Virus record (IMG/VR): IMGVR_UViG_3300046787_000200
Location: 213,090-277,089 of that record
Length of the DNA: 64,000 nucleotides
From: a virus
Reading direction: 5' to 3' (one strand)
How positions within the stretch are numbered: position 1 is the first letter of the stretch; each line of letters opens with the position of its first letter. A program made the position numbers and the translations under genes. The notes below the pieces were generated by a model. The model saw only the letters and a list, made by a program, of their open reading frames with translations, had not been told where the DNA came from and did no database searches. This document shows, one piece after another, positions 19,260 to 27,064 of the stretch.

Positions 19260-19458
19260 AGTAGATGATGACGAAAGCTACGATACGGTCGAAATTGACT
19301 TACATCGTGGCTTTAGTCGCCCGAAACTAATCACAGTTAATCTTTGGGATGATGATACTGAACTACCTGAACATATCACAAAAAGACTTGAAAACGCAAG
19401 AATTAAAGCATTGATGGCATATCATAGTAAATATACAAATGATTTTACCAAAGATTAA
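19177..19458 (+). CDS. hypothetical ORF overlapping the previous gene in the +1 frame (the acidic portion after 19260 looks protein-like)
   Basis: No in-frame ATG downstream of 19260. Either a long overlap or a frameshift fusion. Confidence 0.2.
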   Translation: MPLKVPLPRQKRLQQQLLQNKTPSQLSEVDDDESYDTVEIDLHRGFSRPKLITVNLWDDDTELPEHITKRLENARIKALMAYHSKYTNDFTKD

Positions 19459-20155
19459 GCTTATCACCTTTTCAAATCAATGTTTAGAATATTCAGGGTT
19501 AGACACATTAGAAGATTGTTTTGATAAAGAGCATTTTTTAAACTATCCATATAAAGTTGAATATAAGTACAACTCTAGGGGATTCAGAGGGCCTGAATGG
19601 CCTTCTGATTTAACCAACGTATGTTGGTGTGTGGGAGATAGTTTTACAGCCGGCCTAGGCTCACCATTCAATCATACTTGGCACTATGTATTAGCAGAGA
19701 AATCAAATATACAAACTGTAAATGTAAGTATGGACGGTGCTAGTAATTCTTGGATTTGTCGTAAAACTTTAGACTTGTTAACAATAAAACCAAAAAATAT
19801 TATAATACAATGGTCATATATTCATCGTAGAGAAACAGATAATATACATGATTTGGATGAAGTAAGGCGCATATATTCAATCAATACAACAACTGAGCAG
19901 GATATGCAACATATTATTGATTGTATTGATAAAGTAGAATCAAATAAAGAACAAACAAATATAATTCATACATTTATACCAGCATGTGTTCCTGAATCAG
20001 AAAAGAAACATTTTAAGGCACTAATAGAAAAGATGGATATAAACGTAGTTTTGTTTGACCAAGTAGATCGGGCAAGAGACGGTCATCATTATGATATCCA
20101 AACTAGTAGCAACTTAGCAGAAAAGTTGATACAATCTAAATATATAAATATTTAA
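19439..20155 (+). CDS. SGNH/GDSL-like hydrolase
   Basis: CVGDSFTAGLG (GDS block) and ARDGHHYD (DxxH block). Paralogous to the ORF at 61902. Confidence 0.45.
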   Translation: MILPKIKLITFSNQCLEYSGLDTLEDCFDKEHFLNYPYKVEYKYNSRGFRGPEWPSDLTNVCWCVGDSFTAGLGSPFNHTWHYVLAEKSNIQTVNVSMDGASNSWICRKTLDLLTIKPKNIIIQWSYIHRRETDNIHDLDEVRRIYSINTTTEQDMQHIIDCIDKVESNKEQTNIIHTFIPACVPESEKKHFKALIEKMDINVVLFDQVDRARDGHHYDIQTSSNLAEKLIQSKYINI

Positions 20156-20239
20156 CGACATTTTTGTTGTATAAATAATTATGAAGTTAGGGTTCTTCAT
20201 AAAAACCCAACACTTAAACACACACATAGGAGATATAAA

Positions 20240-20506
20240 ATGTTTAACACAGCAACTCACGCCTTTATCGACGGCGTTTCAGACTTCAAAAAGAAATTCG
20301 TAGAACAAACAGTTCAACACGATGGAATCAAAAATGCATTAAACGGTTTCGTTGATGCACAAACAAAATACACTAAATCAGCCGCAGATGCAGGTATGCA
20401 ATCAGCAATGGCTTTGGGTTTGATTTTCTCAAGCAAAGATTTCTATACAGAAATGGGTGACCAGTTCAAATCAATGGTTCCTGCTTTCAACAAGAAAGCA
20501 AAGTAA
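20240..20506 (+). CDS. hypothetical protein (possibly a late gene)
   Basis: Two TATAAATA motifs and a hairpin upstream. CACATAGGAGA ribosome-binding site. Confidence 0.45.
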   Translation: MFNTATHAFIDGVSDFKKKFVEQTVQHDGIKNALNGFVDAQTKYTKSAADAGMQSAMALGLIFSSKDFYTEMGDQFKSMVPAFNKKAK

Positions 20507-20508
20507 TC

Positions 20509-20673
20509 ATGGTTGATGTATTAATGGCATTTGCCGCACTAATGGTCATCGCCTGTTTTGGTATGTTCATTGCTTTCATGCGCACACATAGTTTTGAGTT
20601 ATCTAATACTTTTAACAGTGTTATGGAAGCGATAGAAGATATCAAATCTTACAAAGCGTCTAAGATGAAATGA
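20509..20673 (+). CDS. small membrane protein (54 aa)
   Basis: Not in the track. Hydrophobic MVDVLMAFAALMVIACFGMFIAF. ATGA overlap with the next gene. Confidence 0.35.
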   Translation: MVDVLMAFAALMVIACFGMFIAFMRTHSFELSNTFNSVMEAIEDIKSYKASKMK

Positions 20674-21245
20674 TTTACACATACCGCACGAACATATATA
20701 AGATACTTGATTACAGTAGGCATTTAAAAAATCTTACTGACGAAGATAAAATTAGTCGCTTTGGATATCTGATTACAGATCACATGATAGACCAATTGAT
20801 TTTAAATATGTGTTATAATCCTAGCGAACATGAATTATGGTATGCTAGAACAGATGATACACGTGTGGGATGGGGACACTTAGCAAGAAATCCCGACGGT
20901 AGTTGGGAGCTTGCTGTCTCGGTTGACCGAGAATTTCAACGACAAGGAATAGGAAACAAACTGATTTCAGAAATGTTAGAGTTTGCTAAATTCCATCATA
21001 TATCCGAAATCTATATGCATTGCATTGAAGATAATCGTGTCATACAACATTTAGCATCAAAGCATGATTTGACTACAAGAGAACGAGGTGCAGGTGAGCG
21101 TACAGCCGCATTGGAAGTTCCCGAGCCTACATTTGTTGAAGCTAATAAACAACTCTGGAAGGAACAAACAGAGATACTAAAAGAAATGGGTAAGTTACGC
21201 AGTCGTTTAACAAACTTGTGGACTAATCCAATATTACCGAAATAA
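20670..21245 (+). CDS. GNAT family N-acetyltransferase
   Basis: REFQRQGIGNKLI (GNAT motif A). Confidence 0.6.
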   Translation: MIYTYRTNIYKILDYSRHLKNLTDEDKISRFGYLITDHMIDQLILNMCYNPSEHELWYARTDDTRVGWGHLARNPDGSWELAVSVDREFQRQGIGNKLISEMLEFAKFHHISEIYMHCIEDNRVIQHLASKHDLTTRERGAGERTAALEVPEPTFVEANKQLWKEQTEILKEMGKLRSRLTNLWTNPILPK

Positions 21246-21303
21246 TTGTATAACAATATAAAACTGTTATACTCAATACACATACACTTTTTAAGGAAAT
21301 AAA

Positions 21304-21573
21304 ATGTCAGACTTTACACCAAAAGTACCCGAAGTTAAATTTAACAAAAACGGTTACGAAATCCGATCAGATATCTTAGCTATGGCTAAAGACCTAGTTG
21401 GTCAAGAATATCAAATGAAATTTCATGGTTGGGAAATGAGCGCCAAACGTGATGAGAAAACAGGTCAACTTGTTTCAACAGTTAACATGCCTGAGTTTCC
21501 AGGTCTAGAAAAGATTTTGGAAACTGCTGAAAAGATGTATGGCTTTGTAAATCAAAGTCAAACTAAAAAATAA
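21304..21573 (+). CDS. hypothetical protein
   Basis: 89 aa. AAGGAAATAAAATG ribosome-binding site. Confidence 0.4.
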   Translation: MSDFTPKVPEVKFNKNGYEIRSDILAMAKDLVGQEYQMKFHGWEMSAKRDEKTGQLVSTVNMPEFPGLEKILETAEKMYGFVNQSQTKK

Positions 21574-21635
21574 TTTATATTTAATTATTGAATAGGGTCT
21601 ATTTTAGGCCCTATTTTTTTGTAGATAAATACCAC

Positions 21636-22739
21636 ATGAATGTATTAATATTAACCCCAGATAGAGTAGGAAGTACCCTATTACAAAGACTGATAACTGT
21701 ATACATGGCAGGACACAACTATGATAAACCTGTCATTAACCTACATGAACTCACTAATGGAATTGAGCCTTATTACAGTGATGTGTATAACCGAGAAGTA
21801 TTAGGTAAACCAAAAAGCAGAGAATGGGGTTATTACCAAAGCCTAGAAGAAATAACAAATCTATTACATACTTCCGACCATTATAAAACATGTAGATTGG
21901 CTAGATATCATATCGTTCAACGTGGTGATAGTATGGCTGATCAAATTCAGTTTTACAAATATATCAATGATAACTTTTATGTTATATCTGCACGTAGAAA
22001 TAATTTATTTGAACATGCTATTAGTTGGGGCATAGCAGGTGTCACTAAAAAATTAAATGTGTTTACGCATGAGGAAAAAATTGATACATTTTATAACATA
22101 TATAAAAACGGTATAACTATTCATCCAACTAATTTAACCAATCATTTATATAGTTACAAAGAGTATATAAACTGGTGTGATACTTATTTTCAAGTAACAT
22201 CATACTTTGATTATGAAAAAGACTTAAAGAATATTGAACAATATATTTTAGGGTTAGATATATTCCCGGAACAAGAACGTAGAAGTTGGGAAGATATATT
22301 TTCAATTCCATGGAGTGATTGGAATAAATGTCATAAACTAGTAAGTGATTTCGGTGCTACTGATATGAAATTACTTGCAGATTATAGCAATAAAGAAACA
22401 TCAAAAGAATTAACTCCTGCATTATTGCAAACCAATTTAAGTTTAGCCGATCAAAATTATCTAGCCACACACGGTAAAAAATATGTAAGTGCATATAAAG
22501 GTATTGAGCAATTAGTAAGACAGGGTGCATTAGTTTCAGGTGTACCTATTAAATTACAGACACTAGCAGAAAAGAAAAAAATCATAAAGAACTTTGATGA
22601 ATGTGTTGAGGTATATAATAAATGGGTAGATGAAAACAACATGGGTGAGAAGTACACTAATGAGGAAATAAAACTGTTAGCTAATAATGAAGTCAAAGAA
22701 TGGTATAGTGAAGTTCCGCAGACATTATTGATATCATAA
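21636..22739 (+). CDS. hypothetical protein with a weak sulfotransferase-like P-loop
   Basis: Start trimmed to the ATG after a GATAAATA motif. LTPDRVGSTLL resembles the 1331 ORF loop. Confidence 0.4.
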   Translation: MNVLILTPDRVGSTLLQRLITVYMAGHNYDKPVINLHELTNGIEPYYSDVYNREVLGKPKSREWGYYQSLEEITNLLHTSDHYKTCRLARYHIVQRGDSMADQIQFYKYINDNFYVISARRNNLFEHAISWGIAGVTKKLNVFTHEEKIDTFYNIYKNGITIHPTNLTNHLYSYKEYINWCDTYFQVTSYFDYEKDLKNIEQYILGLDIFPEQERRSWEDIFSIPWSDWNKCHKLVSDFGATDMKLLADYSNKETSKELTPALLQTNLSLADQNYLATHGKKYVSAYKGIEQLVRQGALVSGVPIKLQTLAEKKKIIKNFDECVEVYNKWVDENNMGEKYTNEEIKLLANNEVKEWYSEVPQTLLIS

Positions 22740-22774
22740 GTTTTTTTTAGACACAACTAAAATATGATAACTAC

Positions 22775-23008
22775 ATGTGTAAAATATATTTTAGAGGAAC
22801 CAAAATGTCAGAACAAACGTCTAGTGATTCACTTACATTAACAATGAGCCCGGCTGATTTATCAGTTATGGCTAAAGCAATGGAAAAATCTGTGATTTCA
22901 ATGCAAATGGAATTTGCAGAATTAGAAAAAAAGGCAGTTATACTTAAACAAGATATAGACCGCCAAGTTGCTATGCTTAATATAATTAAATCGTCACTTA
23001 AAAGTTGA
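22775..23008 (+). CDS. hypothetical protein
   Basis: 77 aa ORF with a GGAAC ribosome-binding site. Confidence 0.4.
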   Translation: MCKIYFRGTKMSEQTSSDSLTLTMSPADLSVMAKAMEKSVISMQMEFAELEKKAVILKQDIDRQVAMLNIIKSSLKS

Positions 23009-23036
23009 CAATAATTAAACAAAAATACTACTTTTT

Positions 23037-23061
23037 GCCCCGTATCTTATGGGGCTTTTTT
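23037..23061 (+). terminator. rho-independent terminator
   Basis: GCCCC-gtatcttat-GGGGC stem-loop followed by a T6 run. Confidence 0.6.
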
Positions 23062-23072
23062 GTAGCCAAAAT

Positions 23073-23101
23073 TTGACAATAAATCATTTTGGGTCTATAA
23101 T
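23073..23101 (+). promoter_or_regulatory. consensus early promoter TTGACAATAAAT-N-TATAAT
   Basis: TTGACA at 23073-23078, TATAAT at 23096-23101. Confidence 0.55.
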
Positions 23102-23130
23102 ACATGTATAGATTGATTAAAGGAACTGAT

Positions 23131-23346
23131 ATGAACTTCACACAATACATGCTTGATTTTTATGGTCCAAATGGTATCTATCCACTGGGTTTCAATGCAA
23201 CACAAATTAGTTTAGCTACCCAACTTTACAAAACCCGTCTACCCGAGGGTGAAGAATTCTACGGAGATACAGTAGACCGTGAACGTGTCCGTGATATCAT
23301 CTTGGCCGCACGTGAATCAGTGGTTCCCGAATACGCCAAAATTTGA
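23131..23346 (+). CDS. hypothetical protein
   Basis: Start set at the ATG after AAAGGAACTGAT. Stop TGA lies inside the next promoter's -35. Confidence 0.4.
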   Translation: MNFTQYMLDFYGPNGIYPLGFNATQISLATQLYKTRLPEGEEFYGDTVDRERVRDIILAARESVVPEYAKI

Positions 23347-23371
23347 CAATAAATCAGTTTGGGTATATAAT
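23343..23371 (+). promoter_or_regulatory. consensus early promoter with conserved leader
   Basis: TTGACA at 23343, TATAAT at 23366. Leader AGAATCTTAGACAGTCAACTAAAGGAC. Confidence 0.55.
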
Positions 23372-23403
23372 AGAATCTTAGACAGTCAACTAAAGGACAC
23401 AAA

Positions 23404-23664
23404 ATGAAAGTAGAAACAGCATTGAAACAGATCCAAAAAGAAGCACAATTCTTGGGTCTGGGTGTTATGGAAACATTGCAGTTTATTGCACAAAATCCCT
23501 TAGCACAACCCGCTAAGACTTTGGAAGCTTTCAAGGTTCTCAACCCCAACTTTCAGTTCCCAAAGAAAAAGGTCAAGAATTTGATGACCGGCAAGGAAAT
23601 TGAAATTGATGCAGATACCCCTAACTGTTGCAACCCTGCATCGGAAACTTATTGGTCAATGTAA
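23404..23664 (+). CDS. hypothetical protein
   Basis: 86 aa ORF. Confidence 0.4.
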   Translation: MKVETALKQIQKEAQFLGLGVMETLQFIAQNPLAQPAKTLEAFKVLNPNFQFPKKKVKNLMTGKEIEIDADTPNCCNPASETYWSM

Positions 23665-23665
23665 T

Positions 23666-23694
23666 TTGACATTAAATGGGCATTGTGCTATAAT
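23666..23694 (+). promoter_or_regulatory. consensus early promoter with conserved leader
   Basis: TTGACA at 23666, TATAAT at 23689. Same leader as above. Confidence 0.55.
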
Positions 23695-23726
23695 AGAATC
23701 TTAAACAGTCAACTAAAGGAAATAAA

Positions 23727-23993
23727 ATGTCAGCATTAACAAAGTATTTGGATCGTAAGAATTCTTTTGCTACACTCTTTGGTAGCAAGGTACTTAGCCT
23801 GCAAAATGCTAAGGATCGTCAAAGTATTGCCGATTCAATTGATTGTGACTTGAGTCCAGAGAATTTGACTTGTGACGGTGAGTTGCCCCGTAGCTTAGTT
23901 CAATCACGTTATAAGGAATTGACTAAGGCGGCTTTTGAGTTGAAGAAATTGGATCCTTCAGTTAAGTTTTACGAATACGGTACAGAAGTTTAA
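23727..23993 (+). CDS. hypothetical protein
   Basis: 88 aa ORF. Confidence 0.4.
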   Translation: MSALTKYLDRKNSFATLFGSKVLSLQNAKDRQSIADSIDCDLSPENLTCDGELPRSLVQSRYKELTKAAFELKKLDPSVKFYEYGTEV

Positions 23994-24003
23994 GGAGAGA
24001 CAC

Positions 24004-24747
24004 ATGCCAGGATTTGTTAACGTATCACACATGACCAATCGTCAGATCCAACGCATGGGTCACGCTGATGACGACGGTGGCAATACATATCGCACAAGAA
24101 CCAACACTAAGAAAATTGTGTTGAATTACAATGCCGACGATGTATGGGGTGCGGCAGTTCAGGCACAACGTATCAATAATGCTTATGTTAAGTTGAGTAT
24201 GATTTCAGAGTCGGATCCTAATCTTACAAAACTATCCAATCGTATGATTGTTGAAAAGTTGTTAGCTGATCCATTCACTATTACCGATGAAGACCGTGAA
24301 GAAGGTAAAAAGGTTCGTGCATACTATCAAGCATTCACTTTCAAAATCTTGCAAGGCAAACGATTGAATGAGTTTGATAATACCGCAATGTTGATTGCCA
24401 ACAGGGATGCTATTACTAGCACTTATGATATTGCAGTTATTGCTAGTTTGCCCTCTGTATACGAGCGTGGTGTTAAACGTCAAACGGTTGATCAACGTAT
24501 TAGTTTTGCTAAAGGTGGCTATATTAGTGCAATTGGTAATAAAGTATCACTTACTGTTGAAGTACTGAGGTCAATTTATTCACTTAAGTGGGCTACAACC
24601 TATATTACCGGTATTACAGATGATGACCAAGTTGTATTCTTTGCATATAAGAATGAATTAGAAGTAGGTAAGATGGTTGACATTTACGGTACTGTCAAAG
24701 CACATAGAGATAATACTACCCAACTTAATCGTGTAAAGGTTATTTAA
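24004..24747 (+). CDS. hypothetical protein
   Basis: 247 aa. AAGGAG ribosome-binding site. Confidence 0.45.
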   Translation: MPGFVNVSHMTNRQIQRMGHADDDGGNTYRTRTNTKKIVLNYNADDVWGAAVQAQRINNAYVKLSMISESDPNLTKLSNRMIVEKLLADPFTITDEDREEGKKVRAYYQAFTFKILQGKRLNEFDNTAMLIANRDAITSTYDIAVIASLPSVYERGVKRQTVDQRISFAKGGYISAIGNKVSLTVEVLRSIYSLKWATTYITGITDDDQVVFFAYKNELEVGKMVDIYGTVKAHRDNTTQLNRVKVI

Positions 24748-24974
24748 TGAATACAGAATTGATTCAGAAATTGAAGTCGCAATGTATCTTCCGTGAACAA
24801 CGAGGTACTACTGCTTTTAACAGTTATATGGTTGATCGGTTTGATAGTGAAAAGTTTGCAGAACTGATTGTGAGAGAGTGTGACCGTTATGCCCGTAGTG
24901 TGTGGGAACATGGTCCGTTGTTGGGTAGGGATTTGTTAATCCATTTTGGAGTTGAGGAGATGAGTGATGATTAA
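24747..24974 (+). CDS. member of the small paralog family carrying KFAELIVREC and HFGVEE motifs
   Basis: Contains FAELIVRECDRYARS and a C-terminal HFGVEE. ATGA overlap upstream. Confidence 0.45.
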   Translation: MNTELIQKLKSQCIFREQRGTTAFNSYMVDRFDSEKFAELIVRECDRYARSVWEHGPLLGRDLLIHFGVEEMSDD

Positions 24975-25095
24975 TTTTATTGTAGGTGTTATTGTAGGTA
25001 TTGTTATTGCCACTGTTGGATTTAGCGGTATCGCTAAAATGGCAGACAAAGGTGTTGACAAAGTTAAAGAAGTAACTATTGAACAGGTGAAATAA
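24967..25095 (+). CDS. small single-pass membrane protein (42 aa)
   Basis: Not in the track. MINFIVGVIVGIVIATVGF. Its start is embedded in the GVEEM junction and its stop abuts the next ATG. Confidence 0.3.
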   Translation: MINFIVGVIVGIVIATVGFSGIAKMADKGVDKVKEVTIEQVK

Positions 25096-25548
25096 ATGGG
25101 ACTTGATATGTATGCTTATGTTGCCAGCAAAAAAGGTCAACAAAGTGAGTTTTATGAAACTGCTGAGTTTGATGCAACCACTAGTGAGTTTGTAAGTAAA
25201 ACAGTTACCAAGCCATACGAAATTGCTTATTGGCGTAAGCATCCTAACTTGCATGGTTGGATGGAAAAGTTGTGGTTACGCAAGAATGGGTACCCAACAA
25301 ATTCTAATGACCAATTCATTGAGGGTAAAGAACCACCAAGCTTCAATGGTATTGAACTTGAGCTAACGTGGGATGATTTGGATGAACTTGAACGAGTTAT
25401 TCGTCATGGTCAACTTCCAAACACAGAAGGTTTCTTTTTTGGTAAGCCTTCTGATAATCGTTACTATGAACAAGACCTTGAGTTTGTAAACAACGCTAAA
25501 GCAGAAGTGTTCTTAGGATTAAAAGTATTTTATAATAGTAGCTGGTGA
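25096..25548 (+). CDS. hypothetical protein
   Basis: 150 aa ORF. Confidence 0.4.
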   Translation: MGLDMYAYVASKKGQQSEFYETAEFDATTSEFVSKTVTKPYEIAYWRKHPNLHGWMEKLWLRKNGYPTNSNDQFIEGKEPPSFNGIELELTWDDLDELERVIRHGQLPNTEGFFFGKPSDNRYYEQDLEFVNNAKAEVFLGLKVFYNSSW

Positions 25549-25988
25549 TGCATAAGTTTTATTTCGCATATGGTATGAACACAAACATTGCCGAGATGGC
25601 TAATCGTTGCCCAAAAGCAACCAGTCTCGGTAAGTGTATATTAGAGAACTTTGAGTTAAGGTTCCGTACTCATGCAGATATTGACTTAGTGCCCGGCAGT
25701 TGTATGGAAGGTGTGCTATGGGAGATCACACCTGAATGTGAAGATGCATTGGATAGATTAGAAGGCTATCCTTATTATTACAATAAGATTAATGTAGTGG
25801 TCAATGACAATATCATTGCTATGGCTTACATTATGAATCAAAAAGGTAAAGAAGAGCCTCCCGGTTTAAGTTATGAAAAGTGTTTGATTGAAGGATACAC
25901 ATCACACGGATTGAATGTTGATTGGTTGACAGAAACTATTGATGATGTTATAATGAATTATGAACTTAACGAAATACAGCAAAAATAG
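25545..25988 (+). CDS. gamma-glutamyl cyclotransferase-like (GGCT/AIG2 fold)
   Basis: YFAYGMNTN (the YGSNM block) and LDRLEGYPYYY. Confidence 0.55.
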   Translation: MMHKFYFAYGMNTNIAEMANRCPKATSLGKCILENFELRFRTHADIDLVPGSCMEGVLWEITPECEDALDRLEGYPYYYNKINVVVNDNIIAMAYIMNQKGKEEPPGLSYEKCLIEGYTSHGLNVDWLTETIDDVIMNYELNEIQQK

Positions 25989-25992
25989 AGTA

Positions 25993-26355
25993 ATGGAAAC
26001 GTTTCAGCATTGGCATGTTCCTCGTGACTTTGCTGAGCCAATGTATAACTACCTTGTGTTTGGATACTATCCGGGTAGTTGTTTTACAAGTGTCCTTGCC
26101 AATGATTTTTTAGGTGCTATGTTCCGTAGTCATCCTAGCAATACTATTGAAGCATTTAAGGCTCTTGCTGGTTGGATGACTGATACTATCCCTAAACAAG
26201 CGCAAGGTAGTTACGGTGCAGTTGAAGATTGGATTAAGTTAGATGATGATGAACGCAGAACTATCCTTGAAAAGCACGATTTGATTTTCACTACTGAAAA
26301 TGAATCTTGGATGATTCTTAAAGATGAACCTATCAATGAAGTTGTATTATATTAA
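25993..26355 (+). CDS. hypothetical protein
   Basis: Start trimmed to the ATG after the previous stop. Confidence 0.35.
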   Translation: METFQHWHVPRDFAEPMYNYLVFGYYPGSCFTSVLANDFLGAMFRSHPSNTIEAFKALAGWMTDTIPKQAQGSYGAVEDWIKLDDDERRTILEKHDLIFTTENESWMILKDEPINEVVLY

Positions 26356-26364
26356 GGAAATGTA

Positions 26365-26850
26365 ATGGCTATACTATATCGTATTAAACCTGTAGACAAA
26401 AAATCAGTTGAAGCATTTTATGATGTTTACAAGCAAATGCCTGATGGCACTATCCGTGGTTGGAGTGTGACTGAACTCTATCGGTGGGGGCAAGGCTTTG
26501 TTGAAAATGAAGATGAACTGCCTTTTAGTGATGACCGGTATCATTGTGTCGATCCTACAATTGGTTGGGGATGTGAACTTGATGACCTCTGTGCAGTAGA
26601 CTTTGAGTTTGATGACAGTTTTACAGACGAAGAAAAGGCCGAGATTGAACAACACTGGGAAGACGGTGGTGCTGGATGGCTCTACGACGGGGAGCATGAT
26701 TGGGAAGTTGAAGAGGATACATTCACTATTTTGGGTCCGTTCACGGTTGACAAAATAGACGAAGATGTGTATAATGTTAGTATTGAAACAGTAGAACTTA
26801 AACAGCGTCCACCATTTGTAGCAACAACAGCGTGGCCATTCTCAGGATAA
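26365..26850 (+). CDS. hypothetical strongly acidic protein
   Basis: 161 aa, rich in D/E. AAGGAAATG ribosome-binding site. Confidence 0.45.
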   Translation: MAILYRIKPVDKKSVEAFYDVYKQMPDGTIRGWSVTELYRWGQGFVENEDELPFSDDRYHCVDPTIGWGCELDDLCAVDFEFDDSFTDEEKAEIEQHWEDGGAGWLYDGEHDWEVEEDTFTILGPFTVDKIDEDVYNVSIETVELKQRPPFVATTAWPFSG

Positions 26851-26853
26851 AAT

Positions 26854-27054
26854 ATGACAAATTTAGAAGTAAGAGAGAAGCTTTTGCAGGCACAAGATTT
26901 ACTATCCGATGTTTATCATTGGGCTAAGCAACCACATACCAAGTTTACTGGTATGGATATGAATAGTCAGATAGCTAGGTACACAAGCGATGCCGATTCT
27001 TCTATTAATGATTCCCTTGAGGAATTAAAACATCCCAATGGATGTATGCCTTAA
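26854..27054 (+). CDS. hypothetical protein
   Basis: 66 aa ORF. Confidence 0.35.
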   Translation: MTNLEVREKLLQAQDLLSDVYHWAKQPHTKFTGMDMNSQIARYTSDADSSINDSLEELKHPNGCMP

Positions 27055-27064
27055 GGAGTTAAGA

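Noticed and set aside
23005-23033. TTGACAATAAT lacking a downstream -10
   Set aside because: The -35-like sequence carries the stop of the upstream ORF but is followed directly by a rho-independent terminator and not by TATAAT. It looks like a decayed or partial cassette and not an active promoter.
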